Assembly (NCBI GenBank): GCA_904063045.1
Contig: CAJFCJ010000076.1
Coordinates: 74,253-138,252 of the forward strand
DNA length: 64,000 nucleotides
Origin: Dimorphilus gyrociliatus
Lineage: Eukaryota; Animalia; Annelida
Direction: 5' to 3'
The position numbers and the translations under genes were made by a program. Every line of letters begins with the position of its first letter. The stretch's first letter is position 1. Below are positions 52,331 through 64,000 of the stretch, one piece after another. A model generated the notes under the pieces. It was given only the letters and a program-made list of their open reading frames with translations, was not told the origin of the DNA and did no database searches.

Positions 52331-52859
52331 AGTTTTGTTTAACTAAATTGAGTTCTTAAAAACAATGGAAAATGATATACCAGACTGTGAATATGTTATT
52401 ATTCTTATTATTTTTGTTCATAATCTCTAATCCTTAATCCTCCATTATCTAAGGCAATTGGACAAAAATAATATATGGACAAGAAAAAGGTACAAAATCA
52501 ACATTGTACCATAATTATGGAGTTTGTTTCTATCTATTTGAATTGGAAAAGAATAAATTCACTATAAATGAGATTATTAATTAATGTACAGAGAAAAATT
52601 TGAATATTTTAGATTTGGCTTTCAATGATGTACATCTCATATTTTATAAGTATTTAATGTCTTATACAAGCCATTCTTTTGAATATTCATTTCCAAGTGG
52701 TAAATATAACTATCTAAATAAATAGCACATATATTATTATATTCTATATAGCCAGTGGTTATGTCAACATTTCTAGTGTAGAGTATACTTGTTCTTCAGT
52801 TTCTTCACTTTATCCTGTACAATACATGAGACAAATGTACAAATTTGGAACAACAGGTG

Positions 52860-53245
52860 TTGAAGACAAATGTAAATATTTCTATAAGAATATTTAAAAT
52901 ATTTCCATTCAACCTAAAAACATCAACTGCTTTTCAACAATATTGGATTTGGTTATGTAAACTTCAACTATTGTGAAGCACGTCTAAAATCTTCAAATAC
53001 ATTGAAACATCTTTATTTGCAGTCATCTACTTTGAATAAAAAACAAAGTGAAAATCTGAGAAAACTTCTTACAAAATTGTTCACATATAGAAACTTTAAA
53101 TATATCTAAAAGTTTTGGAATTGGTATGGGAAACTTCAACTTTTGTGAAACACTTCAAAATTCTTCAAATACTTTAAAGCACCTTGACCTACAATCATGT
53201 AATTTGAATGAAGAACAAAGTAAAAATTCAGGATTTAAAAAGGAA
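52860..53245 (+). pseudogene. RI-type LRR fragment of the TRIM-LRR family
   Basis: SSNTLKHLYLQSSTL...CSHIETLNIS...SSNTLKHLDLQSCNLNEEQ with a frameshift. Confidence 0.7.
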
Positions 53246-53765
53246 AATCTATTATCTTGAAAAATGAGTCTGACACTACTCATCACATTCTTAGTTGGAT
53301 GGTAAAAATAAAAAAAAGCACTGCAAAGAAATACATCAACATGTGAAGGGAAGAGAGCAGAGGGGAGAATCTACAAATCTACAATCTACTTGTATAGAAA
53401 TTTGACATTTGCCAAAACCAACCTACCACTTGACAAAAGACTTTCCATTTCAAAGTGTCTAACTCCAATTTTAACCCTAACCCTAGTCAGAGTGTGATCA
53501 GATTATAATTTTCCTAACCCTACCTGATCTCGAGTTGTTGACCTGTCTTTCTCTCAAAAATACTGAATATTTTTGAAATCTTAGAATAGATTTATAAAAT
53601 TTCATAAAACATAATCACAATTTTATTATCAATCAACCTATAAGCATTAAAAAATATTCAAATTTTTCATTTTTTTGGTTTTAAATTAAACCTAAGATTA
53701 TGAGTTTTTTTAAAAATCAAATTTAAGAATAAGAATGTTTATAATATTCCAAAACAAACAACTTT

Positions 53766-56159
53766 TTAAAAAACTTGTTTTTTTAATTTCATCAAATTTT
53801 CTATATTTTCAATTTCTTCTTCACTCAAGTTACATAGGCTTATATTAATATATTGTAATGTATTTACTGCTATTAAAAGCCCTTCAGCAATATTCTTAAA
53901 TCCATTTCCAATATTTCTATTCCATTTTAGATCAATTGTTTCTATTTTATTGCAAATTTCTAATAAATTTCCGATATCATTAGCTTGATTTTTATCTAAT
54001 TCACAAAATTCAAAACTGATATGTTTCAATGTGTTTGATGATTGTTGAAGACCATTACAAATATTCTTTACACCAGTTTTCATATTTGAATTATAGCCCA
54101 AATTTATTTTTTCAATTTTTGAACATTTTTCCAAAAGTTTTCCAATTGAAAAACATTGTTGTTTACTAAAATTGCATGAGTTAAGATTAATACTTTTCAA
54201 TGCCTTAACTGAAGGTAAAAGTCCATTACAAATATGTTCTACAGCATCTGATATATTTCTATTCTCTTTTAAGTTAATTGTTTCTATCTTGGAACAATTT
54301 TTTAAAAGCTCTCCCAAGTTTATACAACTTTCTTTGTCAATTTGGCAACATTCCAAATTAATATGTTTCAAGCTATTTGATGATTTAACAAGTCCTTTAC
54401 AAACATTCTGAAATCCATGTTCCATTTTTGAGTTACTTTTAAAATTAACTGCTTCTATTAAAGAACAATATTTAAATAGGTTTCCTATATAATTACATTG
54501 TTCTTCATTTAGATTACATTGCTCAAAATTAATAATCTTTAAACTATTGATGGATCTTTGAAGCCCATGACAAATGCTTTTTATTCCATTATCTCCCAAT
54601 TCAAAATTACCTTTTAAATTGACATTTTCTATGTTTGAACTTTTACTAAACAGGTGACCTATCCAATAACATTTTTTAGCATTTAGATTACAGTTCTCAA
54701 AGTTAATTTCTTTCAAGTTAGTTGCCGATTCTATAAGCCCCTGACAAAAATTTATTATGCCATTTTTCATATTTAAATTGAATCCTAAATCAATCCTTTC
54801 TAGTTTGGAATAATATTTCATTATATTTCCAATCTTTTTAAACTGGTTTTCATCTAAATTACATTGATTCAGATAAATATTCTTTAATGTGGATTGTGAA
54901 TAAAATAGTCCAATACAGAACCTTTCTAAGCCATTTCCCATTCTTTTATTCCAATCTAGATTGATTGATTCGATTACGAAGCAATTTTTAACCAAATTCC
55001 CAACATTTATGCATTGATCTTCATCTAGATCACATAGTCTAAAATTAATGTGCTTCAAAGAATTTAATGAATTTAAAAGTCCTGTACAAATATCTGCTAA
55101 TCCATTTCCCATTTTGTAATTTCCTTCCAGCCTTATTGTTTCAATTTTGGAACACTTTTTAAGTAGGTCACCTATCCAAGTACATTGTTCTTCATTTAAA
55201 TTACACCATGCTAGGTTGAAATTTTTTAATGAATTTTTTGATTGGGTAAGTCCATTACAAATGCTACTTAATCCATTTCCCATTTTGGAATTCCATCCAA
55301 GATTAACATTTTCAATATTGTTAGAGATTTGAAATAGGATACCTATCCTTATACATTCATGCTCTCCTAAGTTACATTGGCTTAGATTAATTTTTATCAA
55401 ATGTCCATTTGTTGATTGTATTTCTTTGTTAATAATTTCTATTTGTTTATCTTGAATGCAATTGCGTGACAAATCAATCATTTTGAATGCCTTACCATTA
55501 TCTTCCTTTTGGTTTAAGAAAGAATTCTGAATTTCAAAATCAATTAGGATTTCATCAGAAATTTGTATATCTAAATTATTAATGTTTCGCTCCAATTGAT
55601 ACAGTTCATCAGTATTAGTTTTACTTAACATTTCATTGAAATATTCTTCTCTCTTTCTAATCACGTGTTCAACCCTTTTTTGGATAATTTCAAATTGTTT
55701 GTAAAAGTTACCAAGAGCTTTTAATTCAGCTTGCTCAATTTTACGCATAATAATTTTGTTATGTCTTTTCTCTTGAGCAAGACAATTCTGAATTCTTTCC
55801 TTTGCCTCTTTAAGAGTTTCATTTGACATAACTGAGCAACTTTTATGACTTTCCTCCCAACATAAAACACATATACTTCCATGCTCTTTGCAGTATAAAC
55901 ATAATTCTCTTTCATGCTTTTTACACAAATGTGTATTCACCGATTGTGTTTCTGATAATTTTTCAAACTTATACTTTCTTAGCCAAGCAATGCCTCCTTT
56001 TGGCAATTTGTGATTTTTTTTGCATTGAGGACAAATGATGTAGTTATTCTGTGATCCCAATTTTCTTAGACAGTTATAGCAAAATATATGTCCACAAAAC
56101 AGTTCTCTTAAATCACTGAAAACCCATAATTTTAAGCAAAGTGTACATTTTGGGTTCAT
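53766..56159 (-). CDS. Intronless RING - B-box - coiled-coil protein with ~20 alternating ribonuclease-inhibitor-type LRRs (797 aa)
   Basis: CTLC...CGHIFCYNC...CPQC (C3HC4 RING); CKKH...YCKEH...CVLC...H (B-box); helical linker; ten ~56-aa double repeats LKxINLxxCNL / IExINLxxN. Confidence 0.92.
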   Translation of the reverse strand: MNPKCTLCLKLWVFSDLRELFCGHIFCYNCLRKLGSQNNYIICPQCKKNHKLPKGGIAWLRKYKFEKLSETQSVNTHLCKKHERELCLYCKEHGSICVLCWEESHKSCSVMSNETLKEAKERIQNCLAQEKRHNKIIMRKIEQAELKALGNFYKQFEIIQKRVEHVIRKREEYFNEMLSKTNTDELYQLERNINNLDIQISDEILIDFEIQNSFLNQKEDNGKAFKMIDLSRNCIQDKQIEIINKEIQSTNGHLIKINLSQCNLGEHECIRIGILFQISNNIENVNLGWNSKMGNGLSSICNGLTQSKNSLKNFNLAWCNLNEEQCTWIGDLLKKCSKIETIRLEGNYKMGNGLADICTGLLNSLNSLKHINFRLCDLDEDQCINVGNLVKNCFVIESINLDWNKRMGNGLERFCIGLFYSQSTLKNIYLNQCNLDENQFKKIGNIMKYYSKLERIDLGFNLNMKNGIINFCQGLIESATNLKEINFENCNLNAKKCYWIGHLFSKSSNIENVNLKGNFELGDNGIKSICHGLQRSINSLKIINFEQCNLNEEQCNYIGNLFKYCSLIEAVNFKSNSKMEHGFQNVCKGLVKSSNSLKHINLECCQIDKESCINLGELLKNCSKIETINLKENRNISDAVEHICNGLLPSVKALKSINLNSCNFSKQQCFSIGKLLEKCSKIEKINLGYNSNMKTGVKNICNGLQQSSNTLKHISFEFCELDKNQANDIGNLLEICNKIETIDLKWNRNIGNGFKNIAEGLLIAVNTLQYINISLCNLSEEEIENIENLMKLKKQVF

Positions 56160-57599
56160 AATGTTGAGAAGGTTGATTTTTCCGCGGCTATATTAAAATG
56201 TCTGTCTACTTTCGTTCTCCAATTGTATTTGTTGATTGAGGCTGAATCATATTAACTTTCTTTTTATCCAAATACTGATAGTCTATATTTTCAATATGCT
56301 AAAGATAAGATAACCAAACTTTCTATTGTTTAGTAGCAGTATGCAATGTTGTATTACAGCCTTAGGTTTTAAAGTTAGGGTTTTACACCCTGGAGTTGTA
56401 TACTCTCTTTGCTCTAGTGTGATAGACCTGGATGGAAGAAGTAATTTCTTTGAAAGGAATGCCTGCTTTTGTCAATTAGGCTTAGCGCCTGGTCTGTTCA
56501 CTCCTGTTTGGAGACGGGATGAGATAACTCCAAGCAATGGAAAATTGCGTCCATTAAAGGCAAAAATGGATTTTCAGTTGACAACATGGTGTATTGAGGG
56601 ATTTCAACTCACGCCTTGTCAAATTTATGGAATCATTATCCGTGAACTGTTTAGCACATTTGATTCTAAATGTTAGCTGTTGCTTTCTATAAATTACTGG
56701 TTAAGAGGTTCAGGCATAAGCCATAGATATTAATTTTTTAAAGCCTATTAACATTAAAATCTTGATGTATTTTAAAATACTCTTTTTCATTACATTGGAA
56801 ATGTAAGTCATACTATAAAATGACTTCCTTGGTTTTAAGATTTTTGAAATGATGTATTTCTGCCATGTATTTTCAGTGGGTTTGTTCAAAAGTTCTTACA
56901 ATTCCAATAGCAAATATTAAACTTTTTTTTACAGAAAAAACATGTAAAAAAATATTTTGATAAACAGTGGGTGTTCACTTTATATGAAAGTTAACATCAA
57001 CAAGGCAAGCATAGGGAGGGAATGAGCTAAAAAAACATTAAATTCAAAACATAACAATAACCTTGGATATTAATTCTTATTTTACAATTGTGTTTAAAAA
57101 AAATCCTTCAACTTAAATATTTATTAATTGATTAAAATAGAATCAAGTAAAATCAATTTTGCTCTAAATTACAAAAATATAATATAGCTAAGTGTATCTT
57201 TTATGACATGGCTATTGTACTTTGTTGTATTGTAATTGTAGGAATTTCTGGCTCATTATAACTGCAATCATCCTTTTCAATTATTTACCAACTTACCAAA
57301 GTACTGAAACAAACAGAACGTTTAAAGTAATTTAGGTAGAAATTAATCAACACAACCCCAGTATTTCATCCAGAAGTATCTGTATTAATAAGTAAATGAG
57401 CTTCTAGTTGTAAACAAGCTAGTTTAAAGAACTAGCTGACAGTTAGAAAACTGAACCATCAACTGTTAATTTTGTAGTGTTTATATACTCTTTAAAGGGT
57501 TGATAGTTCACAAATTTCAATGTTCACAAAAACAAAAGTAACATTTTAAGACAAAAAAAACTGTAATCAAATTGGAAATTGTATTGAAGAAGCATTTGG

Positions 57600-57855
57600 A
57601 TAACAAAAGAATCTTAAAAATTTCAAAATTGCTGAAATTAATATAGAAGATGATGTTGGGTGGAATATATTTGGAAATATTGAAGAAAATTGCTGTAATA
57701 GTTCAAAACTTAAATTTGAAAATGGTGAATTTACAACAGATATTGGAAATGTTTTAGGAGATACAATTGGCCAACAAGATAGACTTCAAGAATTAACATT
57801 CTCCAACAATCAATTAGCAGATACTGTTGGAATTATTTTTCTGAAAACTGCATGA
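57600..57855 (+). pseudogene. Short RI-type LRR fragment
   Basis: LGDTIGQQDRLQELTFSNNQLADTVGIIF. Confidence 0.45.
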
Positions 57856-58029
57856 GTGAATGAAAATAGACAGTCATTTGTCAGAGTTACAACAAAATAC
57901 AATGTGTAATCCAGGTTTTAGTAATACCTTTTTACAATTATTAGTTTTAAAAAAAATTTCATTCCTTTTTGTTATAAAATATATTTTTTTATAACTATGA
58001 ATTTAGAAACTCTACTGAAAAACCCTAAT

Positions 58030-58900
58030 AAAAATTCATCAGCTAATATCCTTCCAAGCCTATAATCATCCCAGATTTCAAATCTTTTCTTCTCTATATC
58101 ACCATATTTTTTTCTCTGAGAGAAGTTTTTCATAAATATAAAAACAAACTGAATCAAACTCTCTTTTCAATTCTTCAATCAACAAATAAAATGATCATTT
58201 CAATTGTACATTATTATTCATTCTATTTTGTCCTCCTTCCATACTATTATTAGTATTATTGATAATCCAAAGATTGACCAATTCAATGGTTTCCAAGTAG
58301 AATTCGAAATCCAAGTCTTCCAGCAAAGCAGAAAATTTTCTCCTTTCTTCCAGCTGACTTTTCAAGCTAAAAAATGTAGGAGTAATAATATCTGTGGGTA
58401 TGAAAGGTAGAGCCATCAACTTCATCAGGTCTCTCCAGTCCTCTCCTCTCTCCATATATCTTCCAGAGTAGCCAAGAGAAATGAAACGTTTAATTTATTA
58501 TTTGAAAACCAGTGGAAAACTTTGAAACACATATTTATAATACTGTACTGCTCTTGCTTGGCAAATTTATGTGTTTTCAAGTTATAACGATACTGGATCT
58601 ACTTGAACCTTTAAAAAAATGTTTAAATTAAAACAGTTTATTCCCAAAAAAAATATTTAAACAAGTAGTAATATGAGAGTTTAATACCAGAGTAGATAGT
58701 TTCTAATAGCATAAAGCAAATGAAAAGATATTGTTCCTGTTCTGACCTTTTTCAGACAGTTTGTAAATTATTAAATAATCATCAGATTTTGAAAAGGCAA
58801 CTTTGAAAGCAATATCATCAGTTTGTAAAAATGCAGAAATTAGTGGATGTTTGTTTCATTGGTCTCAGACTGTAGTACTTGTAGGAAATATGTTGAGCAA
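58030..58900 (-). mobile_element. MULE transposase C-terminal fragment
   Basis: MERGEDWRDLMKLMALPF...NTNNSMEG. Same subfamily as 4030-4430. Confidence 0.8.
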
Positions 58901-59729
58901 TTTATAGTTTAAAAATCTGTTGTACAACTTTGGTTATATTTAACATGCTTGAACTCTACTATTTTATGCAACTTATACATGTATCTCTTAAAACCTACAC
59001 AAAAAAAATGCTATAACAATGACCAAACACAGGTCTGATTAGTCAGCTTGAAGGCTCATCTTTAAATACCAGTAAAAATTTGGCCAAGTTATAATTTAAT
59101 TAACTTGCCTAAGGTGTGGCCAAGTTATAATTCAATTAGCCTTGCCAAATGTTGAACTTTGTAACATCCTGTTGCTAAACATAAATATGAACTAGACATT
59201 TTGGCAGCTGTAAAATGATGATTGGCTATTGGAGGCAAACCTCAAGTATATAAATCCTCACTATTTTCATTCGAAGCATTCCTATCTGGACTCAACAACC
59301 TCCACTGGAACCATCCATCTACTCCTCAACATTGGAAGACAGTTTGGTAATTTGGCAACCTGCTATAACCACACTATAAAACTTTCATATTGTTACTTGC
59401 TTAAGTATTATTATTTTGAATAAACTGTTTTAATTTAAACATTTGTTTAAATGTTTGAGTAGAGCCAGTATTGTTGTAACTTGAAAATGCATAAATTTGC
59501 CAAGCAAGAGCAGTACACTCTCTGCCATCAATGTTTTTACTCTAAACAATTCTAGTACATTTCTTTATAAACATGTAAAAACTCATTTTTTTCACTGTCT
59601 CTATCATTTCGATATAAAGTATTATCATTTCAAATGCTATTATACAATTTTTTTGTAATGTGATAGTTAAGTATGTTGGGCATTTTCAACAATCCCCAAA
59701 ACTAATAATACCAGTTGCTTAGCATAAAT

Positions 59730-61783
59730 GAATAGGGGTGAAACCATACCAGGGTGAAACTGTACCCCAGTGAAACCATACCCATAAAAATATTAGGCTT
59801 TTTTTAATTTTATTACTTAGAATTATTTTCTTTCAGAATGACAAAGTTAAATATTTCGAGTATCAGAAAAAACACTGCTGGGGAAAAACATCCCAGGGTG
59901 AGAAAAAATGTCCCAAGGTTGGGGAAACATCCAAGTAATGGGAAAAGATATTTGACTTTTAAAAAAATTGCTTTATTTTGGGAACCAATTGCAATATACT
60001 GAGAATATAATAATTAATAATGAATATATGTTTATTGAAATGATTTAAAAATAAAAAAGCTAAGAATGTTTTACAAAGTTTAAAAGTTACTAGAATAAAG
60101 TAAAAAGTATGTTAAAACACTAAGAATTATTTTGAATAGATTAATGCAATCTTCTGGACGAGGACAACAGATATAATCATTCCCAATTTGTATTCATCCC
60201 AAACAGCAAATACTTGGTTCTGCATCTGGATCACACTTTTCTTCTGATACTTCTTTAGCCTTTTTTCTGATAGAAGTTTCTCTGCAATTGGAATAAGACT
60301 TGATTTCTGTTTGAAAATATCTATGAGCATATAAAATGAGCCTTTTGCAGGAGTCTTTTCATTTATTCTTCTGTGCCATCCTTCAACATCATTGTCAGTC
60401 CTGATGGCAAGACCAAATACAGACCAACAATCTGGTGTCCAAATTGAATGCTTAATCAAAGTACTTTCAATGTATAGGATAAAATTCAAAAATTCATTTC
60501 TCTCAAAGGCTTCATTTTTTAGCATGTAAAAACTGTTTAGAATAGCCTCTTGTAGAAGAAAAGGTAATGCCAAAACTTGTTTCAGCAGTCCTGCCTTCTT
60601 CTTTTCCCTATTATATTGTTGTGTGTATCCCAAATTCTACAATAATTTAATAATAAGGCCAACCACTGAATTTAAATATAAGCTTACTTGAATTTTTCAG
60701 TAGAGAGCTTGTGTCCAATGGAAGACACAACCTTGAATAGGAATATTAGGGTAAACTGAGTTAAGAGCACTCCATATACCTAATTCAAAATCAACTACGA
60801 ATTTGTTAGGTTGAAAACCATTTGTCAATTTTTGAATTTCCTTTTAATAAGATGAAGTTAATGACATGGAACTAAATAACAAAATTATACTTTAAGAATC
60901 ATTTTGTACACTTCTTTTTCTTTGATGTTAAAAAAGCAAATGCTAATGGAATTTGTTTTGCTTCTCCATCATTTTTAATAAAAGAATGAACAGAAAAAAG
61001 CTGTACAAATGGATCCTTGACAACCTTAAAAGTGCCATCTACATACCATACTTTACTTTTACATAATAAAGACAGCTGGTGCTTAGAAGCAAATAGTAAA
61101 ACTCTTTGATTTCTTACAACAATATCACTTTGAAGAAAATCATCTGGTATAAATGTCTGCATTACAGATTGCTCTCAATTCTTTTCTAGCAGAAATATTC
61201 TCAATAAGGCTTTTCCTTTAGTTATGATTGTGTTCATATTTACTCTTTATGAAAATATTTCCTTTTTGTTAAATAACAACTGGACATTGAATATTCTTAT
61301 TTCTAACAGATTATCACCAGATGGTTCTCTTGTCACTTCTAGATTTTATATTAAAAGCATAGCCATTGTTGGTCAAAATATCTTTCCTCTTTTGACTTCC
61401 ACCAATAATAAATTTGAAATTTGTCTGAGTTCTCAGTATTCTCATTTTTTCAGTTTCATTTTCAAGCAATAAATTTTCCTCCATATTAGAAGTATTGTTA
61501 ATTTCATTAAGACTACAATTGTCTTTAACCATGTTATTATGAGTACAACTCAGAGCAGCTTTTACAATGGGGTCATCATTGATCACATCTGATAAACTCA
61601 TGAGACAATATCTTTCACTGAAACTCTGCATGAAGAACACTTATCATCTTTCATTTCTATAAAATTAAGCAAAGTTAAATAAATGTCTGTTTTTACATAG
61701 TAAATATCACCTTTGCAGATATGATGACAAAGTGAACATGTAATTTCTTCAATCCTGAACTTTTCTGCACAATTATTGCAAAA
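59730..61783 (-). mobile_element. Decayed MULE with one terminal repeat at 59730; 5' PHD-like exon interrupted at 61783
   Basis: GAATAGGGGTGAAACC end. ORFs give GGSQKRKDILTNNGYAF, WYVDGTFK and RTDNDVEGWH. Confidence 0.88.
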
Positions 61784-64000
61784 GAATAGGGGTGAAACCG
61801 TACCTGGGTTAAACCGTACCCATAACGGGGTTAAACCGTACCCATTAAGAAGTTAAACCATACCAACTTTAAAATAATTAACATACATTAACAAATGTAT
61901 TACTTTGAATAATATTATATATACTGTATAAATTGTTAAATTAATTCCATAATATTCTGTTACTTAGAATATACCAGTTTTTAATATTTTTACTCATTTC
62001 AAGTCAGCCATTTTGATATATTTGTGATATTGATTTTACAGAATTCTCAGTGAAATATTATTTTGGGAATCTATCCAAAATAAAACAAAGGTAACTGAAT
62101 TATTATTGATGATAATAGCACTTTTTCATAACTTTGGAAATAAGTTTATTAGAGTAAATCATGAAATAATAATTGTCTATCATTTGGTCTTTTGCTACAT
62201 GGCATTAGGTAAAGGGTTTAAATATTTTTAAATATTGATTCCCTTTAACTGCTTTATGAAATTTTTATTACAGAAAACTAATGTTTTATGTGTAATAGAT
62301 CCAGATTATAAATGAAATGTAAAAATTACAAACTTATTCTATATGGGAGACATAAATGGAAACTTTGTGTGCTATGCAATGAAAAGATACATGAAAAATG
62401 TTTACTGAGTATGATATTTAAATGCACATCTTAATTTGTAACTACTTAACTCTTGTCTTCTAGATTCAAAGGTATCAGTTTGTCTGGACTGTGTAAAGAA
62501 GCAGTTTCTTCTGCAGGTTAAAAGATTGAAAGATGATGATAACCATATCATTGACAGGGAAATTATGCAGATTGATCAACACAGGGAAATGGACGAGAGT
62601 GACATTAATGGTGCAAATGAACATCAAGATATAGAAGCAAGTCACATTAATGAAAGAAGTCAAAATCAAGATACTGAACAGCCTGCTCTTATTTGTAGAA
62701 ATGAAGATCAAGATCTAGAAGAGAGTAATGTGACTGGAAGGATGGATGAATTTTATGTAGTAAAAGGTGGAAGTCAGCTTGGCAAAGATTTACTAATTAA
62801 TAATGAGTTTTCCTTCACTCTGAAAACAAAAAATTCAAAAAGTAGCATATGGGTATGCAGTGTCAGAACTAATAAAAAAAGATGTCCAGCAAGAATTCGT
62901 CAACAAGGCAGTATCTTTGTTAAAGGAAGTCAATAATCATGAAGGAAATAAATATCTAAAAGTTGGTGTTGAAATAAAAAGGGAACTGAAAAACTTATGT
63001 CAAAAAGATTTTGCTACAAGTGGAAGAAAGCTGGCTGAAACAGTTCTTCTTAATAACCAGGAAAATACTGATTTCTACCAAACCTGCAATATTTAAAAAG
63101 GATGGCCAATTCAACCAGGCAAAAGAACAGGCCAATAGAACCAAAAGATTATGACTTTGAATTAAATATGGATTTCATACCAGATAACTTTCTGAAGAAA
63201 GACATCTGTGAAAACAATGAAAGGATTCTTATATTTGGAACAGACTATCAGTTTGAATTGTTGAGTAAATCAGGGCATTGGTTTGTTGATGGAACATTTA
63301 AAATTGTAAAAGAACCATTTTACCAATTATTGACAATCCAATCTTATGTGAAAAAAAATGGGAACATGAAACATGTGCCCCTGGTCTTCATTTTCATGAC
63401 ATCAAAACACAAGAGAGCTTATAAATTGGCATTTATTAATAATATGTAATAACTAATTATATTTTCAGTTTGTTAACTTTTAAATAATTTTCTACAGACT
63501 ATTAAGAAAATGATTAACATGTCAGAGCCTGAAAAAGTCACTTTAACCTTTGAGATGGCACTATGGAAGACAATAACAAAAGTTTTTCCAAATACAACAA
63601 TACATGCATATGTTTTTCATTTCACTCAAGCAATTTACAGGAAAATTCAGGTAGATCTAATATTTAAATCAATATCTTATTTTATAATTAATTTGTTATT
63701 ATCAGTCTCTTGGATATTCCAAACAATACATGGAGAAAGGAGAAGAATGGAGAAATCTAAGGAAGAGCATGGCATTACCATTTCTGCCATCTGATATCAT
63801 CATTTCAACATTTGGTAGACTCAAGTCTGAACTTTTGCAACAACAGAAATTTTCTGACCTACTGTTGTATTTTGAAAATACATGGATATGTAATTCTTTG
63901 TGGAAACCTGAAAATTGGTCAGTGTTTGGTCTATCAATTAGAACAAATAATAGTCTTGAGGGTTGGCACAATAGGATGAATAGTCAAGTGAATTCAAAAG
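61784..64000 (+). mobile_element. MULE running off the window: TIR, PHD-like exon, acidic region, FLYWCH, DDE
   Basis: GAATAGGGGTGAAACCGTACC at 61784; CVLCNEKIHEKC; GGSQLGKDLLINNEFSF...WVCS...CPARI; WFVDGTFK; RTNNSLEGWH. Confidence 0.9.

Noticed and set aside
130-63971. Many 60-120 aa ORFs antisense or out of frame to genes and TEs (e.g. 849-1109, 2566-2931, 37789-38028, 54172-54411, 63702-63971)
   Set aside because: Shadow ORFs of real coding sequence with no independent motifs.

Overview
This is AT-rich animal genomic DNA with very short GT-AG introns (about 45-90 bp). It looks like a compact-genome invertebrate, possibly an annelid; that is inference only. The window is a transposon-rich, fast-turnover region. 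Host genes: (i) a 5'-incomplete GPI-anchored protein with many CXXC/furin-like repeats ending in a Ly6/uPAR domain; (ii) a secreted PAN/apple plus F5/8C-like protein and several decayed relatives; (iii) two GRL101/LGR-type LDLa-LRR-7TM receptors that both continue into a degenerate kinase C-lobe-like tail with matching exon structure; (iv) an intronless RING-B-box-coiled-coil protein with about 20 ribonuclease-inhibitor-type LRRs, plus pseudogene relatives; (v) juxtaposed fragments of GDP-mannose 4,6-dehydratase and an ABCG2-like transporter. Mobile DNA: at least seven Mutator/MULE transposase remnants (several with PHD-like and FLYWCH modules), a 207-bp MITE family with 9-bp TSDs, Gypsy RT/integrase remnants (one followed by an env-like ORF), and Tc1 fragments. 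The most striking unexplained feature is an array of seven ~45-nt hairpins at 46.9-47.8 kb with conserved bulges and compensatory base changes, just downstream of a double CCAAT box. A 10-N assembly gap lies at 28813-28822. All translations and alignments were done by eye.
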